A stretch of 28,745 bases of DNA from a virus (lineage: Duplodnaviria; Caudoviricetes), in IMG/VR virus record IMGVR_UViG_3300021560_000059, positions 1 to 28,745 of that record; one strand, 5' to 3'. Positions 15,051 to 23,272 of the stretch are shown here, one piece after another; the stretch's first letter is position 1, and the number at the start of each line of letters is the position of its first letter. The notes under the pieces were generated by a model. It had not been told where the DNA came from, made no database searches, and saw only the letters and a list, made by a program, of their open reading frames with translations. The translations under genes were made by a program, and so were the position numbers.

Positions 15051-17357
15051 TTGGGCGATTTAATCGTAAAACCCAGCTACGTTTTTTCTGATCACGATAT
15101 TCTGGATGCCGCCAAGCTGAATTTGCTCGCGACGCCAATTGTAGAATTGGCTTTGGAAGACCCGGTAAATGACCAGAACTTCATGCGCAATGGAAATTAT
15201 TACAGCGCATTCTGGACAACGCCAGCGGGCGTATCCTGCCCGGTCAACGTCTGGACAACCAACGCAAACTATTGGCTCGTGCGTCCGCAGGGCGCCGCGG
15301 TGACATTCCTGCGTTCTAGCGTTGTTCCTGACGCATATTCGCTCTTCTCCGCGCAGATCACTGGAGCGGCAAGCGTTACGACGTGCGAGATGGGGCAGCA
15401 AATCAATGGCGATCTCTCGGCGACGCTTCGACGTAAATGCACCTTTAGTGGGTACATCTACAATTCGACCGGGCTGACCCTCTCGCCCATCCTGAACATT
15501 TATACGTGCAACGCGTTTAACAATTTCTCGGCGGTCACGCTCGTTCACACGGTCAACCTTCAGACCGTTGCGCCGTCTGTCTGGGTGCTGACGTCGGTAA
15601 CGATTGATCTGTCGGATTCTGTTACTTATCCGAACGTGGCAAACGGTCTGTTACTGGCCATTGGATTGCCGAGCGGCGCGATTAATACGACCGGGAAAAA
15701 TGTTCTGTTTAGTCGCCTGAAATTCCAGATTGGCGAGGTATCGACGCCGTTCGTCGACGATGTCTCCTTGTTCGTCACTTCTCCGACGATCGATTCGACA
15801 ATGCTGCAGGACGGATGTCTGGCCCGTAGCACGCTCTACGTCACGACTCCGGGCGTCATTCCAAAGGGAGCTTATGCCGCTAATTCGATTCAAAGCACCG
15901 ATATTGGTCCAGGTCAGGTTCAAGCGGCAGATCTGGATCCCGGCGTATCCACCACTGTATCCGCGGGTTTCACCGTTCCGGCAATAAACGCAGGCGTCCC
16001 TATTACGATGACCACGACGGGCGGCATTGTTGCTGGCTTGGTCCTTAACATTGCAGGGGCAGGCGCTTACTCAGTCACGAGTATCGCCGGCAATGTCGTT
16101 ACGGCTATCAACACGGGCGCTTCGGGAAATGCCGCACCTGGGACCGTTGTAAACACAGGTGCCGTTGTTACGACCACTATTGTTGCGAGCACGACTACGA
16201 CCGCGAATTTCACTACGCCTGCCGTCCAAGCAAATGTTGCTATCACACTTTCAAGTGTGGCCGGGATCTTCTGCGGTCTAAGCCTTAATATTCAAGGCGC
16301 AGGCTTATATTCGGCGCTTTCCGTTTCTGGTTCCGTTTGCACAGCCATTAATACAGGTGCTACTGGCAACGTGGCATCCGGTACCGTCATAGCGTCAGGA
16401 GCGACGGTCACGATCACTGGGAATGCGGTCGTCAATGGACTTGGGTACGCGCCGATCAATAAAGCGGGTGACCCGAATTTAGCCGGCCAGTTTATTGATA
16501 CGCTCGATACCGTTATTAACACTGTTACGCCGGCCAATTCTGCTATTTTGATTCGAGGAACCAGTGCGAATAGCGGCAATGATGGTTACATGCCATCTCT
16601 TGGTTTTCAGCGTTACGGACATAATTCACGAGCCATCGGATTGGATTCGACTGGCAAATTCAAGACCGTAGATAACGGCGGGAACGTAGGCTACTTGCTC
16701 GACACAATCACTAAGGTCGACACGAATTCGTATCAGGATGCTTCAATTACCCTGGCGAAATTGGCAACTTCGTTGGTCAACCTTTTGATTGCCCCCGGAA
16801 TTATGCACGCATTCGCCGGTCCGAGTCCTCCGAGTGGCTGGCTCGTTTGTGATGGCACCCAATATTTGCAGAGCACATATCCGGCCCTTTATGCGGCGAT
16901 CGGAAGTTATTACGGTGCGGGTGGAAGCGGAGCGAGCGCTTGGTTTCAAGTGCCCGATTTAAGAGGCAGGATGCCGATTGGTTACGTGAACACCGCTGTC
17001 GGCGGCATTACCGCGCGCACCTTTGGCAGTAAAGCAGGAACCGAAACGCATCTATTAACCGTGGCGGAAATGCCGGTGCATAATCACACGGCAACTGATT
17101 CGCACACGCACGTGTTTCATAGTTTGCACCAGCACTCCTATATCAACCCAACTGGATCGACAAACGCCGCGGTCGGTAGCGGAGCATACAGCGCGGCTGG
17201 CGGAACTAACACGAGCACTCCGCTAGGTACAGCTGATTACATGGACAACGCCAGCGGGTTTACCACTATTGCCAACGCCGGCGGAAGCGGAGGCACAACC
17301 CAGGCACACGATCAGATGCAACCCTGCATTGTCATGTATTGGATAATCAAAACGTGA
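15051..17357 (+). CDS. Tail fibre with C-terminal phage tail-collar domain
   Basis: N-terminal LDAAKLN anchor; Thr/Gly/Ala-rich body; PGIMHAFAGPSPPSGWLVCDG..YPALYAAIG..FQVPDLRGR collar motif; His-rich tip ending MQPCIVMYWIIKT. GGAGG RBS and TTG start. Confidence 0.88.
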   Translation: MGDLIVKPSYVFSDHDILDAAKLNLLATPIVELALEDPVNDQNFMRNGNYYSAFWTTPAGVSCPVNVWTTNANYWLVRPQGAAVTFLRSSVVPDAYSLFSAQITGAASVTTCEMGQQINGDLSATLRRKCTFSGYIYNSTGLTLSPILNIYTCNAFNNFSAVTLVHTVNLQTVAPSVWVLTSVTIDLSDSVTYPNVANGLLLAIGLPSGAINTTGKNVLFSRLKFQIGEVSTPFVDDVSLFVTSPTIDSTMLQDGCLARSTLYVTTPGVIPKGAYAANSIQSTDIGPGQVQAADLDPGVSTTVSAGFTVPAINAGVPITMTTTGGIVAGLVLNIAGAGAYSVTSIAGNVVTAINTGASGNAAPGTVVNTGAVVTTTIVASTTTTANFTTPAVQANVAITLSSVAGIFCGLSLNIQGAGLYSALSVSGSVCTAINTGATGNVASGTVIASGATVTITGNAVVNGLGYAPINKAGDPNLAGQFIDTLDTVINTVTPANSAILIRGTSANSGNDGYMPSLGFQRYGHNSRAIGLDSTGKFKTVDNGGNVGYLLDTITKVDTNSYQDASITLAKLATSLVNLLIAPGIMHAFAGPSPPSGWLVCDGTQYLQSTYPALYAAIGSYYGAGGSGASAWFQVPDLRGRMPIGYVNTAVGGITARTFGSKAGTETHLLTVAEMPVHNHTATDSHTHVFHSLHQHSYINPTGSTNAAVGSGAYSAAGGTNTSTPLGTADYMDNASGFTTIANAGGSGGTTQAHDQMQPCIVMYWIIKT
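15948..16412 (+). repeat. Diverged tandem duplication of an ~80-aa domain in the tail fibre (240-nt period)
   Basis: STTVSAGFTVPA..LNIAGAGAYS..TAINTGASGNAAPGTV versus STTTTANFTTPA..LNIQGAGLYS..TAINTGATGNVASGTV; units start at 15948 and 16188. Confidence 0.85.
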
Positions 17358-17767
17358 ATATCGATGTCGGAGAAATTGCGAGGACATGGTATGAGGCGAA
17401 TGAACCTGAGGGCGCTCTTGCGCAAGCCATCCTTTGTTGTTTCTTTCGCGGCGTTATTATCCGGCGTCCAAATTTTTTGCTTATGGGCGAGACATGCAAG
17501 ACGGATGGAAAGACCATTCTTGAAGGCACGCCGCATAACTGTTGGTGGATCCATTTTTGGGCGACCGAGAAAGGCGCGATGTCTTCATACGATCTCTGCC
17601 TGGAAGCACCCTATGAACTTGAGTGGGTAGCCTGGAAGCGAAGGCAACGATTGCACTTCGTGAAATGGGAAAAACTCTATTGGAAGAATTTCACAACGCC
17701 GGCGAAACCAAGGACGTATTGGAAAAGCTTTACTTCTAACGAGTTCATCGCAGCAAGAAGTCACTAA
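17354..17767 (+). CDS. Hypothetical protein, possibly degenerate GNAT fold (P22 gp14 / T7 gp13 position)
   Basis: GTGA overlap with the fibre stop; alpha-beta pattern with CWWIHFWA and WVAWKRR; sits right before the first ejection gene. The fold is inference. Confidence 0.5.
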   Translation: MNIDVGEIARTWYEANEPEGALAQAILCCFFRGVIIRRPNFLLMGETCKTDGKTILEGTPHNCWWIHFWATEKGAMSSYDLCLEAPYELEWVAWKRRQRLHFVKWEKLYWKNFTTPAKPRTYWKSFTSNEFIAARSH

Positions 17768-17777
17768 GGAGATTAAA

Positions 17778-19259
17778 ATGGGCGGAGCACCATCAGTTCA
17801 AGCACCGCGACCTCCGGACGCAGGTCAGGAGCTCGGATCGGCTATCAGCGCGTATACCCAGCACGCCGGCCAACTTTACGGCGAAGAATCGCAATATCAG
17901 CCGATGTACAATCAACTGCAGCAACAGTTGATGGGCAGCAATTTGGCGTTCTATAGCCAGGCGCTTCAGAACCAATTGCCTGGGATGCAGCAATCGCTTC
18001 TTCAGGCGCAGAATCAAGCGGCGCAGAATGCCGCGGCGAATTATCAAAGGTATGCCGGGACCATGGGACAACAAGCGCTCCAGAATAGTCCTGCGTTACA
18101 ACAACTTTACAGCTTCAGCCAAGGCCAGCTGAATGCCACTCCAGATACTCAGTTGACCGGGCTCTATAACCAGATGGGGCAGTGGGGTGGTGGTGCTGCG
18201 CAAACCATGCAGAACCTGGCGCAACAAGCTGGCCAGAGCATGCAACCCATTAACCAGCAGTTGCAGGCTCTTTCCGGACAGGTTGGTCAGGCAACCACAC
18301 AAGCGACCGGCGACGTTCGAGGCATAGCCGGCCAATTAGCGGCGGATCCGCGTAGCGCACTCTGGAATGCGACTGCGCAAAACGTGCAGCAAAACTTAGG
18401 ACAACTCGATCCATTGACCGGACAATTGCAAGCCAAGGCGCAATCGGAACTCGCACTTGGCGGGACATTATCCGAATCCCAGATTGCTGATGCGGCGCAA
18501 CAGGCGCGCGCTGCGTATTCGGCGCGTGGCATGCTCGGGCAATCAGGATCGATCGCAGCCGAGGTTCTGGGGCGCACTGCGTTCCAGCAACAACTTCTTG
18601 GCCAACGCGAACAGTTTGCCAGCGGCGTCAGCGGCCTCGTGCAGAACCAGTTGCAACAACGCGCGGCAAACGCGATGGGCATGAGTCAGGCGGATATCGC
18701 GGCGACCCAAGCAAACCTTGGCGCGGCGGCTGGGTTGTACGGGACTGCTGGCCAGTTAGCAAATCAGGGCTATGGCGTTCAGGCTGGGTTGCAAGGCCAA
18801 ATCGCATCAAACATCCAGAACGCTCTCCAGCAGCAAGGCGCATTCAGCCAGGCTGGACTCGGCTTTCAACAGGCCGGGATCCAAGGTCAAGCATCGCTTC
18901 GTGGAAGCATCCTCGACCAGTTATATCGGCAGCAGTCGATGGGCGCGCAAGGTTTGCAGAACGTTTACGCAGCGCAACAGGCGCCATTGGCTGGAGTGCT
19001 GGGAGCACAAGCGGGAGGTGCGGACTGGCTGAACAGTATCTACGGCAACCTTAGACAGATGGGAACTGGGGCGCCAAACCTCTTCCAGGGTAGCGGGATG
19101 TTAAGTCTCGTAAATCAGAACGCCATGGCAGGCATGAATGCACAGGCAGCGGCGAATCAAATGAATGCGCAAAGTAGAGGCGCTGCTAGCGGCGCCATGC
19201 TTAGCGCGGGAGCCGGAATCGCGGGCGCAGCCATCACGGGGATCGCAGCAGTGTTTTAA
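17778..19259 (+). CDS. Gln/Ala/Gly-rich DNA ejection (pilot) protein
   Basis: AAGGAG RBS; starts MGGAPS; QQARAAYSARGM; low-complexity helical Q/A/G body; hydrophobic Gly-zipper C-terminus AGAGIAGAAITGIAAVF. Confidence 0.75.
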   Translation: MGGAPSVQAPRPPDAGQELGSAISAYTQHAGQLYGEESQYQPMYNQLQQQLMGSNLAFYSQALQNQLPGMQQSLLQAQNQAAQNAAANYQRYAGTMGQQALQNSPALQQLYSFSQGQLNATPDTQLTGLYNQMGQWGGGAAQTMQNLAQQAGQSMQPINQQLQALSGQVGQATTQATGDVRGIAGQLAADPRSALWNATAQNVQQNLGQLDPLTGQLQAKAQSELALGGTLSESQIADAAQQARAAYSARGMLGQSGSIAAEVLGRTAFQQQLLGQREQFASGVSGLVQNQLQQRAANAMGMSQADIAATQANLGAAAGLYGTAGQLANQGYGVQAGLQGQIASNIQNALQQQGAFSQAGLGFQQAGIQGQASLRGSILDQLYRQQSMGAQGLQNVYAAQQAPLAGVLGAQAGGADWLNSIYGNLRQMGTGAPNLFQGSGMLSLVNQNAMAGMNAQAAANQMNAQSRGAASGAMLSAGAGIAGAAITGIAAVF

Positions 19260-19262
19260 GCT

Positions 19263-19664
19263 ATGATGACGGTGAAAGTAAAAGTCGGCGATTCGAGCAT
19301 TCACGGTACAGGCATCTTTGCCGCCGAGCCGATCCTTAAAGGACGAGTCGTCTGGATGCTAAGTCCTGCGGTGGATCGAGTTTTAACCGATTACGCTGTT
19401 AAATATGCCGAGTCGCGCGCGCAAGAGTTTATCCGGCAACGCGGGTACCTTAACCCTACCAGACCGCAATGGGTGATCTGCGCAGACGAGGCGCAGTATT
19501 GGAATTTCCCGCGAAACGGCGATGAGGCGAACACGTATATGGGCGACGAGATCGATGGCCAAAAAATTGTCCTCGCGGCTCGTGACATTGCTGTGGGGGA
19601 AGAGCTCACAATTCCTCCTGAGTCGGATGGCGATTACGCTCGGAAGATGGAACAACGTAAATGA
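19263..19664 (+). CDS. SET-domain protein with degenerate catalytic motifs
   Basis: SSIHGTGIFAAEPILKG and AARDIAVGEELT match SET. NHS is replaced by NFP and ELxxDY by ELTIPP. Confidence 0.8.
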   Translation: MMTVKVKVGDSSIHGTGIFAAEPILKGRVVWMLSPAVDRVLTDYAVKYAESRAQEFIRQRGYLNPTRPQWVICADEAQYWNFPRNGDEANTYMGDEIDGQKIVLAARDIAVGEELTIPPESDGDYARKMEQRK

Positions 19665-20482
19665 CGATCACAGATAAAACGCAAGAAACAGTTGAGGCGA
19701 TCAAGGACTTCTTTGAGACGCATGCCTACCATGCGCCTGTGATCAATTGGAGCGGCGGCAAGGATTCCACTGTCCTCCTGCATCTGATTACAACCAGGTT
19801 CACCGCCGAGATGAGTATCCTGTTTTACGAAGATCCTTGGTTCCCGGAGAAGACCTTCTTTCAGCATAACCTGGCCGCTAAGATCCACATGTGGATCTAT
19901 AATTATCCGCCGCTTCGCGTCTCGCTGAAGACCAGCGATCAGATGGTGGCACTTGTCAGCGAGTACTCAACCGGGCCGCATTCCGTTGAGGCAGTCCTGA
20001 AAAACACGATTGAGTACGAAGATGGCCAGGAAGAACCGTATCTGTGCGGCGTCAATTTCCTGACGCGTCCGTGTGGCAGTTTCTCCTATCCATGGGACCT
20101 GGTAATCGTCGGTCACAAGAATTGTGATACTGACCCAATATTCGGTCCTATCCCGTTGCATTCCGAGCACGTGATGCGTGACGAAGGTCCGGACTTCTAT
20201 TTTCCGCTGCGCGAATGGACCGACAACGACATCTGGGATTACATCGAAGAGAACAACGTCCCAGTCCAGCTTGACCGGTACGACGTCAAGAATCGCCGGG
20301 AATGGGAAGATAAGACTTACAATTCGGACTGGTACCCGGTTTGCGTTCGGTGCGTCGACAAACGGCGCGAAGGCGAAACTGTCTACTGTCCGCGCTTCGA
20401 TCGCCCGATAAAGAATATTTCGTCAATGATTCCTGAATGGGGCTGGGTTCCAGATTATTTTGGAGGAAAGAAAAATGGCTGA
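19661..20482 (+). CDS. PAPS-reductase-family (adenine nucleotide alpha-hydrolase) PP-loop protein
   Basis: WSGGKDSTVLLHL PP-loop, VGHKNCD, FPLREWTDNDIWDYI; C-terminal CVRC..YCP; no ECGLH motif. Confidence 0.85.
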   Translation: MTITDKTQETVEAIKDFFETHAYHAPVINWSGGKDSTVLLHLITTRFTAEMSILFYEDPWFPEKTFFQHNLAAKIHMWIYNYPPLRVSLKTSDQMVALVSEYSTGPHSVEAVLKNTIEYEDGQEEPYLCGVNFLTRPCGSFSYPWDLVIVGHKNCDTDPIFGPIPLHSEHVMRDEGPDFYFPLREWTDNDIWDYIEENNVPVQLDRYDVKNRREWEDKTYNSDWYPVCVRCVDKRREGETVYCPRFDRPIKNISSMIPEWGWVPDYFGGKKNG

Positions 20483-21089
20483 TCCAATGACTCCGCCGAG
20501 CTTTAACCTCGGCTACACAACACCAGTGACTGACATCGGGAGCGGCTACGCTGCCGGGATTGCGCAAGCCGGCAAATCGCTCTCGGGCGCAATCCAGAGC
20601 GTGCTAGGTGGCATCGATCCGCAGACCGGCATGGTGCAAGAAGGCGTTCTGCAACAAGGATCGTCCGCTCATCAAATGCTCGATGTCCTGCACAGTCAGG
20701 GAATCATTGGTCCTGACGAGTACGCGACATTGAAGACGGCGAATCTCGGCGCCCAACAAAAAGCCATCGGCATGTATACTGGCATGCTCTCGGCGAAGTT
20801 TCAGAACGCGCTTGAGATTCAGAAACAGCAGCAGGCATTGAACGCCGCGATGGCGCGCGAACGAGTTTCTTCGGGAACATCCGTAGACGTGGCAAACATC
20901 GGTGCCGCGGCAAGAGTGCAAGCTGCGGAGCAACGCGCCCGCGACGCGGAACAACGCGCCGCTGAAGCGCAGGCATACAAGCAAGGGCAAAATCCGAGGG
21001 TGCTAAATCAGCCGCAACAGCCGCAACAACAGCAGCAACAGCAGGCGCTTCCTATTCCTAATCCGGCGACACTTAAACTCGGGATATGA
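20475..21089 (+). CDS. Putative ejection / internal virion protein
   Basis: GGAGG RBS; GSGYAAGIAQAGKSLSGAI amphipathic N-terminus; coiled coil and poly-Gln C-terminus. Confidence 0.65.
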   Translation: MADPMTPPSFNLGYTTPVTDIGSGYAAGIAQAGKSLSGAIQSVLGGIDPQTGMVQEGVLQQGSSAHQMLDVLHSQGIIGPDEYATLKTANLGAQQKAIGMYTGMLSAKFQNALEIQKQQQALNAAMARERVSSGTSVDVANIGAAARVQAAEQRARDAEQRAAEAQAYKQGQNPRVLNQPQQPQQQQQQQALPIPNPATLKLGI

Positions 21090-23272
21090 CCCAGGAAGAG
21101 TACGATAAACTGGCGCGTGAATCTGGGCTAACACCTCCATCGCAATTGGAGGCGAGCGCGCCGCTTGCCCAGCCGATTTCGGATCCTTCGTCGTTCTACG
21201 GCACAGTCAGCGGACGCCCAACCCCTAGTGTTGCCAGCCCGTCGAATAGAGGCGGCAGCATGACGCTGGCTGTCGATACAACGCCTGCTCCTCCGATCCC
21301 GCAATCGGACGCCCTGAACAAGCTGATCGATTACCAGATTAAGCAGCGGACTGCAGACTATAACCAGCAGCAAACCGATCGCGCGTCAGCCTACCAAGCC
21401 CTGCAAAACATAGATGCGACGCCAGAACAAATAGACGCGGCACATGCAACCTTGCAGGCACCCAAAGTGTCGGCACCGTTCGGCGAATACCAGAATGGCA
21501 GGCCTATTACGGTCGAACAGCTTAAAGGTTTGATTCCAGGCTACGACGATCTCACGAAGAACGATCAGTCTGACGCGGTGAGACAGGTCATGCGCGATGC
21601 CTATGTTGGGACAATCACGCCTGACGTCACGCCACAGGAAGCGCAGCTAAAACAAGCGGCAAACCTCGGGAGCGGTACCAGTTGGCGCGCGCTCCAAGAT
21701 CTCGGCATCCAGTATCCTGGCGTAAAACCTACCGACACGTACAAAGGAACTTCGATTCCGATCGCCACAGTAAGCCAGTTCATGCCGGATATCCCAGACG
21801 TGCAAAAAGCTCCGATGGTATCTGGGCAACCTGGCTATCCACCTATCCCGGCGCAACCGATACAAAAACCTGGGCAAGTGGGTCAGGCGGATAGCAATAT
21901 CGGATTGACGACCGTGCGCGGCACGGAGTTCGGCGAAGTCGATCGACCCTCCAGAGGTGGCTACACCGAATCGAATTGGAACATCGGCGCGCGTGGGGCT
22001 GATTTGTCCGGATGGAATAACGAAGGCGTCGCGTTGCCGTTTTCGGTACTGAACAAATACGGGAATACCAATGACAAGGATTTCATCGATAAATTCAATG
22101 CCGGATACGAGGTTCAGGTTGTCGACCCGAAGACCGGTAAGACCACAACTACATCGCTCAAAGATTACGGTCCGGGCAAAAGCACGGGGGCTGGGATCGA
22201 TATGCTTGCAGGTACGCGGAACAATCTCGGGTTACCGGTAAATTTCAGCGGCGACATTTCGTATCGCATAGTTCCACGTGGAACGAGTCAGCCGGCAAAC
22301 ACAACTGCGAGTGTTCAGCAGCAACAAACCCAGCAACAAAATCAAGACATCGCTTCAGGCCAATTCGCGAAAGGCGATAATCCTAGCGAAGTCTATATCC
22401 AGCCGTTAGATGCTAAAACGCGCACATCGATCAGGGATCCATCGATCTACGGCAGATACATGGGCAACGATGAACTCCTGAAATACGCGCGGGTGCAGGC
22501 TGACGATTACGCAAGCGGGCTAGCTTCGGCTGGGACTCCGCTCGACACCAAAGAGTATCAGGCAACGTTCAAGCAATTCTACGATAGCGCCCTGAAGTAC
22601 AAGGATGCTTCGGACGTCGCTAAGCCGCCGCCGCAAGAATATCTCGACCAGTTCAGTTCGCTCGCCGGCCTCGTGTCGCCTACGGCTGCGCAGAATCCTG
22701 AAGGCACGAAAATGAGCCAGATTGATTTGATTCAGGATTTAAAGACCAGACTAGCAGCAGCAGGCCCAGGCGTCGGTGGCGCGAAAACAGATGAAGCGCG
22801 CATGTTCGATGCGCAGAAAAACCATTTGATTGCCAACCTTGCCCGCGGACTTTTCGGACAAAAAGGCAACTTGAGCGAGCAGGAACAGAAAGCCGCAGCG
22901 GAAGGTATTCCGGATTATTGGGATTCGGACAAGAGCGCGCAGTTTAAAACTGGTCTGTTGCGTTCGGCGATTCAGGACAAGATGCGCCAGATCATTAACC
23001 TGTCTAAGGCGCAGCATTTTGACACAACCGCTTTGGAAGCTGAATACCGCCGCATCTATGTGCCGAGCCAGGCGCAGCAAAACGCAGCTAGGCAAGGGTC
23101 GATAAATCAGAGCGCTAAGAATATCCAAGGCGCTGCTAGCGGCGGTGCTTCATCGAGTCCGTCGCCGCCGCCTAATCAAAATCAGGTTGCGCCTCCGCCT
23201 GTTCGGCAACCAACTTTCGACACCCAGACTAACCAGGTTATCGGAGCGGGATTGAACCCATGGGGCTTTTAA
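21086..23272 (+). CDS. Ejection / internal virion protein with central RlpA-like double-psi beta-barrel
   Basis: ATGA coupling; GTEFG..GVALP..VQVVDPKTGKT..KDYGP..GIDM (about 21908-22272); C-terminal GNLSEQEQK..IP helical motif. Confidence 0.68.
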   Translation: MTQEEYDKLARESGLTPPSQLEASAPLAQPISDPSSFYGTVSGRPTPSVASPSNRGGSMTLAVDTTPAPPIPQSDALNKLIDYQIKQRTADYNQQQTDRASAYQALQNIDATPEQIDAAHATLQAPKVSAPFGEYQNGRPITVEQLKGLIPGYDDLTKNDQSDAVRQVMRDAYVGTITPDVTPQEAQLKQAANLGSGTSWRALQDLGIQYPGVKPTDTYKGTSIPIATVSQFMPDIPDVQKAPMVSGQPGYPPIPAQPIQKPGQVGQADSNIGLTTVRGTEFGEVDRPSRGGYTESNWNIGARGADLSGWNNEGVALPFSVLNKYGNTNDKDFIDKFNAGYEVQVVDPKTGKTTTTSLKDYGPGKSTGAGIDMLAGTRNNLGLPVNFSGDISYRIVPRGTSQPANTTASVQQQQTQQQNQDIASGQFAKGDNPSEVYIQPLDAKTRTSIRDPSIYGRYMGNDELLKYARVQADDYASGLASAGTPLDTKEYQATFKQFYDSALKYKDASDVAKPPPQEYLDQFSSLAGLVSPTAAQNPEGTKMSQIDLIQDLKTRLAAAGPGVGGAKTDEARMFDAQKNHLIANLARGLFGQKGNLSEQEQKAAAEGIPDYWDSDKSAQFKTGLLRSAIQDKMRQIINLSKAQHFDTTALEAEYRRIYVPSQAQQNAARQGSINQSAKNIQGAASGGASSSPSPPPNQNQVAPPPVRQPTFDTQTNQVIGAGLNPWGF

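Noticed and set aside
16790-17357. Diversity-generating retroelement target in the fibre tip
   Set aside because: No reverse transcriptase and no near-identical template repeat differing at adenines seen in the window.
17678-17736. Short duplication YWKNFT / YWKSFT (TATTGGAA twice)
   Set aside because: Only two degenerate copies at a C-terminus; too little to infer function.
19661-20482. Assigning gene symbol cysH or dndC
   Set aside because: The catalytic ECGLH motif is missing and no phosphorothioation partner genes are present.
21008-21045. CAG/CAA repeat tract
   Set aside because: Mixed-codon poly-Gln/Pro linker, not a CRISPR array or contingency repeat.
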